A DNA stretch of 52,006 nucleotides from a candidate division FCPU426 bacterium (GTDB lineage Bacteria; Oederibacteriota; Muellerivitia; Muellerivitales; Muellerivitaceae): assembly GCA_963830915.1 (NCBI GenBank), contig CAWHOE010000030.1, positions 1 through 52,006 of the forward strand, read 5' to 3'. Below are positions 9,313-19,082 of this stretch, piece by piece. Position numbers and translations under genes: made by a program. Position 1 is the first letter of the stretch; the number at the start of each line of letters is the position of its first letter. The notes under the pieces were generated by a model. That model was given only the letters and a program-made list of their open reading frames with translations, had not been told where the DNA came from and made no database searches.

Positions 9313-10473
9313 TTAATTATTGAACGGCTTGCTGGCCAAACGCTTGCGCAAGTAAGCCGGGATGTCGTACTGCCCATCGGACAGTTTCAATGTCACTTCC
9401 GAATCCGCGTCCTCCAGGGGGGAGGGGTTGGACGAATCGGCCTTGGCCGTCTTGAAATTGGGCGTCAGGAATCCCTTCAGGTCGATGACCGTCTCGATCT
9501 CCGTTTCCTTCGTCGGCTCGAAACCGGTGGCGATGATGGTCACCCGGATCCCGTCCCGCAGGTTCTCGTCCGACACGATGCCGGGAACGATCTCGGCGCC
9601 TGGGCGGGCGGATTTCTGCAGGAACCCGTTGATCTGGTTGAACTCGTTCAGGCTGAAGTTGGAACCGGCCGTGACCAGCACCAGGACCGCGGTGGCTCCC
9701 GCGATGTCCACATCCTCCAGCAGGGGGCTGTTGACAGCCTTCTGGACCGCCTTCAAGGCCCGGTCCTCGCCGGTGCCGTAACCCGTGCCCATCAGCACCT
9801 TGCCCTTGGCGGTCAGGATCCGTTTCACGTCGGCGAAATCCCGGTTGATGGTGCCTTCCGAATGGATGACCACCGAGATGCCCTGGATGGCCTGTACCAG
9901 CACCTCATCCACGCGGGCGAAGGCCGAGGAAAGCTCGATATCCTGGTCACAGACCACGTTGATGCGCTCATTGGGGATCACCACGATGGCGTCCACATGG
10001 GGCAGCATGGATTTCAGGCCGTCCTCGGCCTGGGCCTTGCGGACCGGTCCCTCGTGCTCAAAGGGACGGCTCACCACGCCCACCGTCAGGATGCCCATCT
10101 TCTTGGCGATCTCGGCCACGACGGGCGCCGCGCCTGTTCCCGTGCCGCCGCCCATGCCGGCCGCCACGACCACCATGTCGGCCCCTTCCAGGGATTTCTG
10201 GATCTCGTCGGAGGATTCCAGGGCCGCTTCCCGCCCGATGGTGGGATTGCCGCCCGAACCCAGACCCTTGGTCAGGCTCTTGCCCAGCTGGATCTTCTTG
10301 GTGGCCTTGCTGCGGCGCAGGGACTTGAAGTCCGTGTTGGCCGCGATGCATTCCACACCCTCGATGCCGGCTTGGATCATCTTGTTGATGGCGTTGCATC
10401 CGCCCCCTCCCACCCCGATCACCTTCAAGTGGGCCAGGTACTGCGTCACATCGTCTTCCGCGAACTCTATCAT
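9313..10473 (-). CDS. ftsZ: Cell division protein FtsZ
   Basis: KVIGVGGGGCNA, AGMGGGTGTGAAP, DFADV, C-terminal DIPAYLRK. Confidence 0.98.
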   Translation of the reverse strand: MIEFAEDDVTQYLAHLKVIGVGGGGCNAINKMIQAGIEGVECIAANTDFKSLRRSKATKKIQLGKSLTKGLGSGGNPTIGREAALESSDEIQKSLEGADMVVVAAGMGGGTGTGAAPVVAEIAKKMGILTVGVVSRPFEHEGPVRKAQAEDGLKSMLPHVDAIVVIPNERINVVCDQDIELSSAFARVDEVLVQAIQGISVVIHSEGTINRDFADVKRILTAKGKVLMGTGYGTGEDRALKAVQKAVNSPLLEDVDIAGATAVLVLVTAGSNFSLNEFNQINGFLQKSARPGAEIVPGIVSDENLRDGIRVTIIATGFEPTKETEIETVIDLKGFLTPNFKTAKADSSNPSPLEDADSEVTLKLSDGQYDIPAYLRKRLASKPFNN

Positions 10474-10497
10474 TTTCTTTTCCCCCTCAATTTTTTT

Positions 10498-10649
10498 CAG
10501 TTCACCGTTAGCAGTCGACAGTCGGCAGCCGTGAACCGTTAGCGACCGACCTGCGGCTTGTTACTTAAAAATCCCAACATGTTGGCTTTTCCACACCTCC
10601 CGACTTTCTTTTCCAGACCTGTTGACTGCGATCTGTCAACTGTCGACTT
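10498..10649. repeat. Inverted blocks of heptamer (CAGTCGA-like) repeats in the ftsA-ftsZ spacer
   Basis: CAGTTCA CCGTTAG CAGTCGA CAGTCGG on +, and AAGTCGA CAGTTGA CAGATCG CAGTCAA on -. Confidence 0.55.
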
Positions 10650-11901
10650 CAGATGGAATCGCCGAACCACTTCTTCATCCTGCCCAAAATATCCTTGACC
10701 GCTTCCCCGCCGCCGAAGGCCGAACCCTTCTTGGCCCCCAGTTTGTTGTTGGATTTCATGCCCATCAGCACCAGTCCCACCGCGGTGGAATAGCTGGGGT
10801 TGGAGACCACGTCCGTCAACCCGCCAACCCTCTTGGGGGACCCGATCCTCACCGGAAGCTGCAGGATTTTTTCCGCCAGCTCGGCGGTGCCTTCCATCAA
10901 GGCCGACCCTCCCGTGATGACCGCTCCCGCCGGGATGCGGTCCTCGAACCCGTGTTTCTTGAGTTCCGCGCCCACCAGCTCGAAGATCTCCTCCATGCGG
11001 GCCTCGATGATCTCGGATAGCACCCGCCGGGGCATCCGCTTGTCCGGCCGGCCTCCCACGCCCGGCACCGTGATCTCCTCTTCCTCGTTCACCATGGCCG
11101 TGTAGGCGCATCCGTACTGGAGCTTGATGGCCTCCGCCTCGGTGTTGGGGGTGCGCAGTCCCACCGCCACGTCGCTGGTGACCAGGGACCCGCCCAGGGT
11201 GATGATGCCCGTGTGCCAGAGGGAGCCGTTGATGAAGACCGCGATGTCCGTGGTCCCCCCGCCGATATCCACCAGGACCACGCCCAGTTCCTTCTCGTCG
11301 GAGGAAAGGATGGCCTCGGCCGAGGCCAGGGGCTGGAGGATGATGTCGGCCACCTGCAGGCCGGCCCGCTCCACGCTCCTCACGATGTTCTGAACGCTGG
11401 TGACCGCGCCGGTCACCACGTGCACTTCCGCTTCCAAACGGACCCCCGACATCCCCACCGGGTTCTTGATGCCGTCCTGGTCGTCCACGATGTATTCCTG
11501 GGGGATGACATGGATGATCTCCCGGTCCAGGGGAATGGCGATGGCCTGGGCGGCCTCGATGACCCTCTCCCGGTCCTCTTCCGAATCTCCTTGTCCTTGC
11601 GGGACACGGCGATGACGCCCCGGCTGTTCAGGCCCTTGATGTGGCCCCCCGCCACGCCCGTATAGGCCGAGGTCACCTCGACCCCCGCCATGCGCTGGGC
11701 GTCCTGGAGGGATTTCTTGATGGAGGCGACGGTCTCCTCGATGTTGACCACCGACCCCTTCTTCAGTCCCGCCGAGGGGGTGGTGCCCACCCCGATGATA
11801 TGGACCTGCCCGTCGTCGTCCTGCTCTCCGATGATGGTGCAGACCTTGGTCGTCCCCAGGTCCAGTCCCACCACGATATCCTGCTTCATTTCCTTAGCCA
11901 T
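10649..11901 (-). CDS. ftsA: Cell division protein FtsA (1-bp frameshift near 11584)
   Basis: VGLDLGTTKV N-part in one frame; NPVGMSGVRLE and DIGGGTTD in another. Adding one T (ATT TCG) gives DKEISEEDRERVIEAA and a 418-codon frame. Confidence 0.95.
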
Positions 11902-12041
11902 TCGCCTCACCTCCCTGTCTTGGTTTTATGGTTCTTCATCGCCGAGAAACATCGGCACGGGGAAAAACAGACCTTGACGCTCTTCAGGGTCAAGACCCTG
12001 CCCTTCTTCGTGTGTTCCCTGCCTTTATGGTTTCTCATTCC

Positions 12042-13031
12042 TCACCTCGTTTTCACCAGTACCATGTCCCGGTACCGGAAATCCATCGTTCCCGCCCTGC
12101 CGTTCTTCTGGTTCAGGTCGCTCAGGACCATCGCCATCCTTTTCAATTCCTGCTCGGTCACCTCCGGATTGAAGGTGGCCACGATCCCGTCGATGAAGGT
12201 CACCCTCAACGAATCCGGGTCGGATAAGTTCACTTCCGACACTTCCTGGGCCAGCACCCCGTCTTTCCGTTTCAAGAAGCCGAGGAAGGCCAGGGCCGGC
12301 CGTAAAGCCTCGGCCTGGAGAGTGGTCCCGACCGACTCGGCCTTGAGGGCCACCCCGGAGACCAGGGGAAGGTCCTCCCGAAGAAGCGCGTCGGAAGGGG
12401 ATAGGATCCTTCCTTCCCCGTCCACCCCGTACAGTTCCCCCGCGTCCAACAGCGCCACCGGCGTCCTTTCTTTCACTGAGATCAGGATCGATTGGGGCAG
12501 GCGCCTTTCCAAAAAAACGCTCCTGGCCCAATCCAGCCCGCTCACTTTTCGCGTCGCCTCCTCCAGGTCCAGCTTGAACATGTTCTCCCCCAGGGGGAGC
12601 CCCGCCGCCCGGACGACCTGCTCGTCCGTCAGGTAATGGTTCCCTTCCACGGTCACCCGGGACAGCTTCAGACCCGCCACGTCCTGCAGCAGGGCGGTCG
12701 TCTTGTTCTTCGACCAGATCACCGCCAGCACCAGCACCGCCAGGGCCGCCGCCCTCAGGAGCCACTTGGTCCCCTTCCAGCTAGGCGCCTGGAACCCCCA
12801 GGACTTGGTCTTCTTGGAGAAGGCCGGCACATCCTCCGTCGGGGTCATTCCCGGACGGTAGAAGGCGTAGACCTTCTCCTGGTCCCTGCGCGGAGCCTGG
12901 GGCCCGCCCTTCCCCTCGAAGAATTTGAGGAAAAGGCTTTTCCCCTCCCCTTCCTTCCGCTGAGGGCGGGAGGAATGGAACCTGGCTTCCTTCTCGCTCA
13001 AAGAGACCCGGGTCCCTCGGTAATACATCAA
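12042..13031 (-). CDS. ftsQ: Cell division protein FtsQ/DivIB
   Basis: TM helix, POTRA (VTVEGNHYL...ERRLPQSILISVKERTPVA), C-terminal DFRY; located between ddl and ftsA. Confidence 0.9.
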   Translation of the reverse strand: MMYYRGTRVSLSEKEARFHSSRPQRKEGEGKSLFLKFFEGKGGPQAPRRDQEKVYAFYRPGMTPTEDVPAFSKKTKSWGFQAPSWKGTKWLLRAAALAVLVLAVIWSKNKTTALLQDVAGLKLSRVTVEGNHYLTDEQVVRAAGLPLGENMFKLDLEEATRKVSGLDWARSVFLERRLPQSILISVKERTPVALLDAGELYGVDGEGRILSPSDALLREDLPLVSGVALKAESVGTTLQAEALRPALAFLGFLKRKDGVLAQEVSEVNLSDPDSLRVTFIDGIVATFNPEVTEQELKRMAMVLSDLNQKNGRAGTMDFRYRDMVLVKTR

Positions 13032-13068
13032 CGATCCTCCCGAACAGGTTCCAGGGATGGGGTCTGTC

Positions 13069-14007
13069 TCACTTTTTCACCCTTTTCTTCTTCATCGCCA
13101 TCGTCACCAGCGTTTTCAATAATTTCGGGAAAGCGATGCCCACCGCCTTGGCTTCCTCAGGGAAGAGGCTGGTGGCGGTCATGCCTGGCGCCGTGTTCAC
13201 TTCCAGGATCTGGGGTTCCCCCTTCTTGGGAACGATGAAATCCACCCGGTAATAGTCCTCGCAGCCCATGGCCTGGCCGGCCTGGAGGCCGAGTTTCTTC
13301 ACCTTCCTGGTCATGGCCGCCGATATCCTGGCCGGGATCAGGTGTTCCGAATGGCCCGGCGTGTACTTGGCGTCGAAGTCGTAGAACTCGTTCTTCGGCA
13401 CAATCTCCACCAACGGCAGAGCCCGGTTCTCCAGGATGCCCACCGTCACTTCCACGCCAGGGACGAATTTCTCCACCATCGCCCAGGGGCTGTAGCGGAA
13501 GGCGTTTTTGAGCGCCGGCTTGAGGGCGGAAGCTTTCCTCACGATCGTCACCCCGATGGCCGAACCCACGTCCGCCGGCTTGACCACCAGGGGCAGTTTG
13601 AGCTTGATCTCCTTCAGCCAACCCTTTTCCCCCGTGTCCCGGTGGATCGCCTGCCAGGGGGCGGTCGGGATCTTCTTGGCCTCGAAAACCAACTTGGAAC
13701 AGCCCTTGTGCATGGTCAGTCCGCAGGACAAGGCTCCCGAACCCGTATAGGGAATGCCCCATTTATCCAGGCAGGCCTGCAAGCGGCCGTCCTCGCCGAA
13801 TCCGCCGTGCAGGGCGATGAAGACCGCGTCGAACTTGGCCTTTTTCAACCGTTGCTCCAGGCGTTTCATGTCCTTATCCGCCGAGGTCAACTCAAAAGGA
13901 ACCGCCTTGATTCCGGCCTTTTTCAAGCCTTCCGTCACGTTCTTGCCCGACATGAGGGATATCTTCCTCTCCGGGCTCCAGCCTCCCATCAGTACGCCTA
14001 CTCTCAT
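13069..14007 (-). CDS. ddl: D-alanine--D-alanine ligase
   Basis: VLMGGWSPERKISLMSG, ALHGGFGEDG, FYDFDAKY, LEVNTAPGMT; start at MRVGV with GGAG RBS. Confidence 0.97.
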   Translation of the reverse strand: MRVGVLMGGWSPERKISLMSGKNVTEGLKKAGIKAVPFELTSADKDMKRLEQRLKKAKFDAVFIALHGGFGEDGRLQACLDKWGIPYTGSGALSCGLTMHKGCSKLVFEAKKIPTAPWQAIHRDTGEKGWLKEIKLKLPLVVKPADVGSAIGVTIVRKASALKPALKNAFRYSPWAMVEKFVPGVEVTVGILENRALPLVEIVPKNEFYDFDAKYTPGHSEHLIPARISAAMTRKVKKLGLQAGQAMGCEDYYRVDFIVPKKGEPQILEVNTAPGMTATSLFPEEAKAVGIAFPKLLKTLVTMAMKKKRVKK

Positions 14008-14158
14008 GGCCAACTCCACGGTTAAGATTTTTTTACTTAGAGGCTGCAAAATCTTTAAAAGTGCTACCAAGCAGCCTCTTACCCCAAAGATTCCGCAGGA
14101 ATCGTGGGGTTACCATCAATGTTGTCGGCTGAAAAAGTTTTTACTTTTTCAGCATTCG

Positions 14159-15142
14159 TTATTTATCTAAATTCCACCAAACGTCCTTGATCTCGCTCCA
14201 GTTCCAATCTCCCAGAGGCAATATCTCCGGCTCCAGCCGGACGCGGTACTCGGTCTGGACCCTTTTCTGGATCTCCCGCATGACCGCGACGACGTCGTGG
14301 GCGGAGGCGGTGCCGTCGTTGATGATGAAGTTGGCGTGGATACCGCTCACCTGGGCCCCTCCCACTTTGAACTTTTTCAACCCGGCCGCCTCGATCAGCC
14401 TGCCCGCGAACTCCCCCTCGGGATTCTTGAACACGCTGCCGGCGTTCTTCTCCACCCGGGGCTGCTTGCCCCGGCGGTTCTTGAAATACTCCTTCACCTT
14501 CTTCTCGATGACGGCCTTGGGCTCCTTCTTGAGCTTCAAGGAAACCTCCACCAGGACGTTGCCGCTCATCTTCAGGGACGAGGCCCGGTACCCGTACCAG
14601 TACTCGGCCTTGGCCAGTTTCTTGATCTCTCCCCGGGCCGTCACGATGGTCAGGTCCTCCACCGAGGGGCCGATCCAGGCCTTCTTGGCGCCCGCGTTGC
14701 CCACCACCGCCCCGCCGACCGTCCCTGGTATGCCGGCCAGGAATTCCACCCCGCCCAACCCGGCTTCCCGGGCCTTGTTCAGCACGCTCACCAGCTGGGT
14801 CCCAGCCTTGGCGATGACCTTGTTCCCCGAGATCTTGAGGCCCTGGAAGCCCCTTCCCAGGCGGATCACCACGCCCTGGAACCCCTCATCCGCGAACAGC
14901 ACATTGCTCCCGCCCCCCAGGATCAGGGTGGGCACCCCGGCATGGCTCACGCACCGCAGCAGCTCCGCCAGGTCCTCGGTGGACTGGGGTTCCACGAACG
15001 CCGTGGCCTTCCCCCCCAGGTGATAGGTGGTATAGGGGGCGATGGGCTGGTCCAATTGGACCTTGCCCTTGATCAAGTCCTTGAGTTCAGTGAGGTCCAC
15101 CCTTCCCCTCTCTTCCGTCGCGCCGGTCATTCCCAGGATCAC
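14159..15142 (-). CDS. murB: UDP-N-acetylmuramate dehydrogenase
   Basis: LGGGSNVL, GIPGTVGGAVVGNAGA, NAGSVFKNP, HANFIIN. Confidence 0.97.
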   Translation of the reverse strand: MILGMTGATEERGRVDLTELKDLIKGKVQLDQPIAPYTTYHLGGKATAFVEPQSTEDLAELLRCVSHAGVPTLILGGGSNVLFADEGFQGVVIRLGRGFQGLKISGNKVIAKAGTQLVSVLNKAREAGLGGVEFLAGIPGTVGGAVVGNAGAKKAWIGPSVEDLTIVTARGEIKKLAKAEYWYGYRASSLKMSGNVLVEVSLKLKKEPKAVIEKKVKEYFKNRRGKQPRVEKNAGSVFKNPEGEFAGRLIEAAGLKKFKVGGAQVSGIHANFIINDGTASAHDVVAVMREIQKRVQTEYRVRLEPEILPLGDWNWSEIKDVWWNLDK

Positions 15143-15146
15143 GTTC

Positions 15147-16553
15147 TTATCCTTTATGCTTCTGGATCAGGTCGTTGCCGATCTTCCAGACGTCGCCCGC
15201 GCCCATGGTGATGAGCACGTGTTTCGAGTTCAGGTGTTCCTTCAGGTACTCCAGCAGGACGGGCCGGTCCTCGGCCAGCATCACATGCTTGTGGCCGTTC
15301 TCCGCCAGGGCCTCCACCAGGGTCTTGCCCGTCACGCCCGGGATGGGTTTCTCGCGGGAGGGATAGATGGCCGTGATGATGACCTCATCCGCGTCGCCGA
15401 AGGCCTTGCCGAACTTGTCCCGCAAAAGCTGGGTGCGAGAAAAAAGATGGGGTTGGAAGAGACAGATCACCTTTTTCCCCGGTCCCGCGAAGTTCTTGGC
15501 CGCCCTCAGGGTCTCGGCGACCGCCGTGGGATGGTGGGCGTAATCGTCCACGATGGTCGCTCCCTTGAAGGAACCCTTGATCTCGAAGCGCCTCTGGGCG
15601 CCGTTGAACTTGAGCAGGCCCGCGGCGATGGCCTTGAAGGGCACCTTGAGCTCCAGCCCCACGGCCACGGCCGCCAGGGCGTTCTGGATGTTGAAACGTC
15701 CCGGCACCCGGAGGCGGAGGGTTCCCAGCCTCTTCCCCTTGACCGCCAACTCAAAGGTCGATCCGCACTTCTCAAGCTTCACCTTCCGGGCCGCCACCTG
15801 GGCGTCCGCGGAAAGTCCGTAGGTCACGACCCGGCGCTTGATCTGGGGAGCGATGGACTGGACATGCTTGTCGTCGATGCCCAGGATGACGCATCCATAG
15901 AAGGGCACCTTGTTGGTGAAGGTCACGAAGGCTTCCCGAACCTTCTCCACCGAGCCGTAATAGTCCAGATGGTCGTCGTCGATGTTGGTGACGATGGCGA
16001 TCATGGGCGAAAGCAGGAAGAACTCGCCGAAGGCCTCGCAGGCCTCCGCCACCAGGTAGGTGCTCTTGCCCAGCTTGGCGTTGGATTTGAACACGTCCAC
16101 CTGGCCCCCGATGACCAGGGTGGGGTCCAGTTTGGCCTCGGTCATGACCAGCCCCACCATGGAAGTGGTGGTGGTCTTGCCGTGGGTGCCCGAGACCGCG
16201 ATGCCGTACTTCAGGCGCATCAGCTCGGCCAGCATCTCGGTGCGGGGAATGACCGGGATGGAGCGTTTGTTGGCCTCCACGATCTCCGGATTGTCCATCG
16301 GCACCGCCGCCGAGTAGACCACCACGTCCGAACCCGGCACGTTGGCCGATTTGTGGCCGAAATGGATCTTGGCCCCCATGCGGGTGAGCCGGTCGGTCAC
16401 GTCCGAACCCCTCAGGTCCGATCCCGTCACCTGGTAATTCAGGCTCAAAAGCACCGCCGCGATGCCGCTCATGCCGGCCCCGCCGATGCCGATGAAATGC
16501 ACCCTTTTCACGTTGCCGAAAGGCTGGGTCAATATTCCGAATTTGGGTTTCAA
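15147..16553 (-). CDS. murC: UDP-N-acetylmuramate--L-alanine ligase
   Basis: HFIGIGGAGMSGIA, GTHGKTTTT, DDYAHHPT, FQPH. Confidence 0.98.
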   Translation of the reverse strand: MKPKFGILTQPFGNVKRVHFIGIGGAGMSGIAAVLLSLNYQVTGSDLRGSDVTDRLTRMGAKIHFGHKSANVPGSDVVVYSAAVPMDNPEIVEANKRSIPVIPRTEMLAELMRLKYGIAVSGTHGKTTTTSMVGLVMTEAKLDPTLVIGGQVDVFKSNAKLGKSTYLVAEACEAFGEFFLLSPMIAIVTNIDDDHLDYYGSVEKVREAFVTFTNKVPFYGCVILGIDDKHVQSIAPQIKRRVVTYGLSADAQVAARKVKLEKCGSTFELAVKGKRLGTLRLRVPGRFNIQNALAAVAVGLELKVPFKAIAAGLLKFNGAQRRFEIKGSFKGATIVDDYAHHPTAVAETLRAAKNFAGPGKKVICLFQPHLFSRTQLLRDKFGKAFGDADEVIITAIYPSREKPIPGVTGKTLVEALAENGHKHVMLAEDRPVLLEYLKEHLNSKHVLITMGAGDVWKIGNDLIQKHKG

Positions 16554-17663
16554 GCGATTTTCCTTTTCTCGATCATGTTCAACAACCCCCGCGCGATATC
16601 CGAGGCGGCGTCGGGCTTGGAAAGCTTCCGGGCCGCCTCGCCCATGGCCTTCAACCGTCCCTCATCCGACAGCAGGGAGATCAAGGTCCGGGTCAACTTT
16701 TCTTCTTCCAGCGCTTTTTCGATAATCACGACTGCCGATCCAGCCGCCTCCAGGGCCCTCGCATTCCTCTCCTGATGTCCGGAAGCGTGGGGATAGGGAA
16801 TAAGGATGGCCGGGCACCCCCGGCTTAGCAGTTCGGCGCAGGTCATGGCCCCGGACCGGGCGATCACCAGGTCCGCCGCCCCGTAAGCCTCTTGGATGTT
16901 GGAGAAAAAAGGCCTGAGGACCGTCTTGAGCGGGCACTTTTCCAATTGGTCCACCACGCTCTTGTAGTCGTTCCAGCCCGTCATCATCAGCGCCTGGACC
17001 GCCTGGTCCCCCTGTCCCAGGAACTGGATCACGTCGACCATGGATTGGTTCAAGGCATGAGAGCCCTGGCTCCCCCCCAGCATCAGCACCGTCGTCGTAT
17101 GGGGATCCAGACCGAAACTCTCCCGGGACTTGGCCTTCTCGGCTTTCCAGATCTCTTCCCTCACCGGTATTCCCGTCCATTCAGTCCTCCTTGTCGAAAA
17201 GTGTGGCAGGGTTTCCTGGAAACCCACGAATATCCTCCTGGCGAACAGCGCCAGGAACTTGGCCGCCAGGCCCGGAACCACATTGGGCTCCAGCAGACCC
17301 ACCGGCACGCCGCGCAAAGCCGCCGCCAGCGAGACCGGAACGGAAACATAACCGCCCGTGGAGAAGAACAGCGTCCGGGGCGAATTGGCCCATCAGCCTC
17401 CGGGCCTTGCCGAAACCCGACCACAGGTCGGTCCCGAAGGTGAACAGACGGGGCGACAGCCCGCGCGGAAGCCCGCTAGCTTGGATGCCTTCGAAGGCCA
17501 GACCCGCCTCGGGGACCCACTTGGCCTCCGGGCCGTTTTGTTTACCCACATAAAGCACTTCGACCTCCGGTCGTTTGAGCAGTTCCTTGGCGACGGTGAT
17601 CCCGGGGAACACATGCCCCCCCGTTCCCCCGCCCGTGATGATCACCCTTGTTCTCGATCCCAA
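16550..17663 (-). CDS. murG: MurG glycosyltransferase (1-bp frameshift near 17367)
   Basis: GGGTGGHVFPG N-part; GGSQGS, RSGAMT and QERNA in the other frame. Removing one T restores PDAVFSTGGYVSVP (371 codons). Confidence 0.95.
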
Positions 17664-17688
17664 TTTCCATTCAACCTTTCCTGTCGGC

Positions 17689-18852
17689 TTACGACTGGGC
17701 CGCGACTGTCGCGTGGCCCAGACCCAGGGAGGACGGCAGCTTGGTCTCCCGGGAGATGTTGAAAAGCACGCCGATGGAGACGAGGGTAAAGACCATGGAG
17801 GAGCCGCCGTAAGAGATGAGAGGAAGGGGGATGCCCTTGGTCGGGAGCAGGCCCGTCACCACCCCCAGGTTCACCAGGGCCTGGAAGCCGATCAACCCCG
17901 TGATGCCGGCCGCCAGCAGCCCTAAGAAAGTGCCGTCCTCCCGGCGTCCGACCGCGGAAGAGACCTTGAAACCCCTCAGGATGAAGACCGCGAAGAGGAA
18001 CACCAGGCCCCCCGCCCCCGCCAGTCCCAATTCCTCGGCGATGATGGCGAAGATGAAGTCCGTATGGGGCGCCGGCAGGTAGAAGAGTTTCTGGGTGCTG
18101 TTGGAAAGGCCCACCCCGAAGGGCCCGCCGTTGCCCACCGCGATCAGGCTCTGGATGAGCTGGAAACCCGCCCCCTGGGGGTCGTCCCAGGGATTCAGGA
18201 AGGCCGTGATGCGCTTCATGCGGTAGCTGGCCGATTCCACCAGGAAGATGAAGACCGGCACCAAGATGGCCACCGGGATCAGGAAGAACTTCCATTCCAT
18301 GCCCGCCAGGAAGAGCAGCAGGATGGTCACCAGGGCCAGGAGGACGGCCGTCCCGAAATCGTGCTGTTTCTCCAGTAAAAGCATGCATATCCCCAGGATG
18401 ACCAGATAGGGAAAAAGGCCCGAAAAGGTCACCAGGGTCTGCCGCCGCCGGTCCAGGGAATCGGCCAGGTAGAAGACCAGGGCGAGCTTGAGGACTTCCG
18501 AGGGTTGGAAGGAGAAAGGTCCCAGCCGGAACCAGCGCTGGGCGCCCCCGACCGTCCGGCCGATGCCGGGCACGCAAACCAGGGCCATCAGGAAGAGCGC
18601 GATGAAAAGGCCCGGGATGGCCAGGGCCCTTAATTTCTCCAGGTCCACCCGGGAGGAGAACCACATCCCCAGGCTTCCCACCAGCACCCACAAAAGTTGG
18701 CGTGCGAAGAAGTAATAGGAATTCCCGTAGCGGTCGTGGGCCAGGATGGCCGAGGCGCTGTAGATCATGATAAGGCCGACCGTCACCAGGATGAGGGTCA
18801 GGAGGAACAGCAGGAAATCGGGCGAGGCCGTTTGGCGTGATCGGAGGCTCAT
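17689..18852 (-). CDS. ftsW: Peptidoglycan glycosyltransferase FtsW
   Basis: IYSASA, GAQRW, QPSEVLK, HTDFIFA, LPLISYGGSS; start at MSLRSR. Confidence 0.97.
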   Translation of the reverse strand: MSLRSRQTASPDFLLFLLTLILVTVGLIMIYSASAILAHDRYGNSYYFFARQLLWVLVGSLGMWFSSRVDLEKLRALAIPGLFIALFLMALVCVPGIGRTVGGAQRWFRLGPFSFQPSEVLKLALVFYLADSLDRRRQTLVTFSGLFPYLVILGICMLLLEKQHDFGTAVLLALVTILLLFLAGMEWKFFLIPVAILVPVFIFLVESASYRMKRITAFLNPWDDPQGAGFQLIQSLIAVGNGGPFGVGLSNSTQKLFYLPAPHTDFIFAIIAEELGLAGAGGLVFLFAVFILRGFKVSSAVGRREDGTFLGLLAAGITGLIGFQALVNLGVVTGLLPTKGIPLPLISYGGSSMVFTLVSIGVLFNISRETKLPSSLGLGHATVAAQS

Positions 18853-19061
18853 GCGTTCCCTTTCTTGAGATGAAGTCCCGACTCGTAAGCCGTGAGGTCC
18901 CGTTCCTTCCGTTCGGATTCCGAGCAAAGCGTCGAAGGTGTGGAAAAAGCGTTGAAGGTGTTGTTGTCAGAATCCGAGCGCAAGAAAGGGACCTCCTTTC
19001 CGGAGTTCACGGCCTGATGGATCATCTCCGATTCTTTTTTATCCAGCCTGATGATGAACAA
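18849..19061 (-). CDS. Hypothetical 70-aa protein between murD and ftsW
   Basis: TTG start with GAGGGA RBS; fills the whole spacer; its TGA overlaps the ftsW ATG (ATGA). Confidence 0.5.
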   Translation of the reverse strand: MFIIRLDKKESEMIHQAVNSGKEVPFLRSDSDNNTFNAFSTPSTLCSESERKERDLTAYESGLHLKKGNA

Positions 19062-19082
19062 TGCTTTCCCTCTCGTCTTTTT

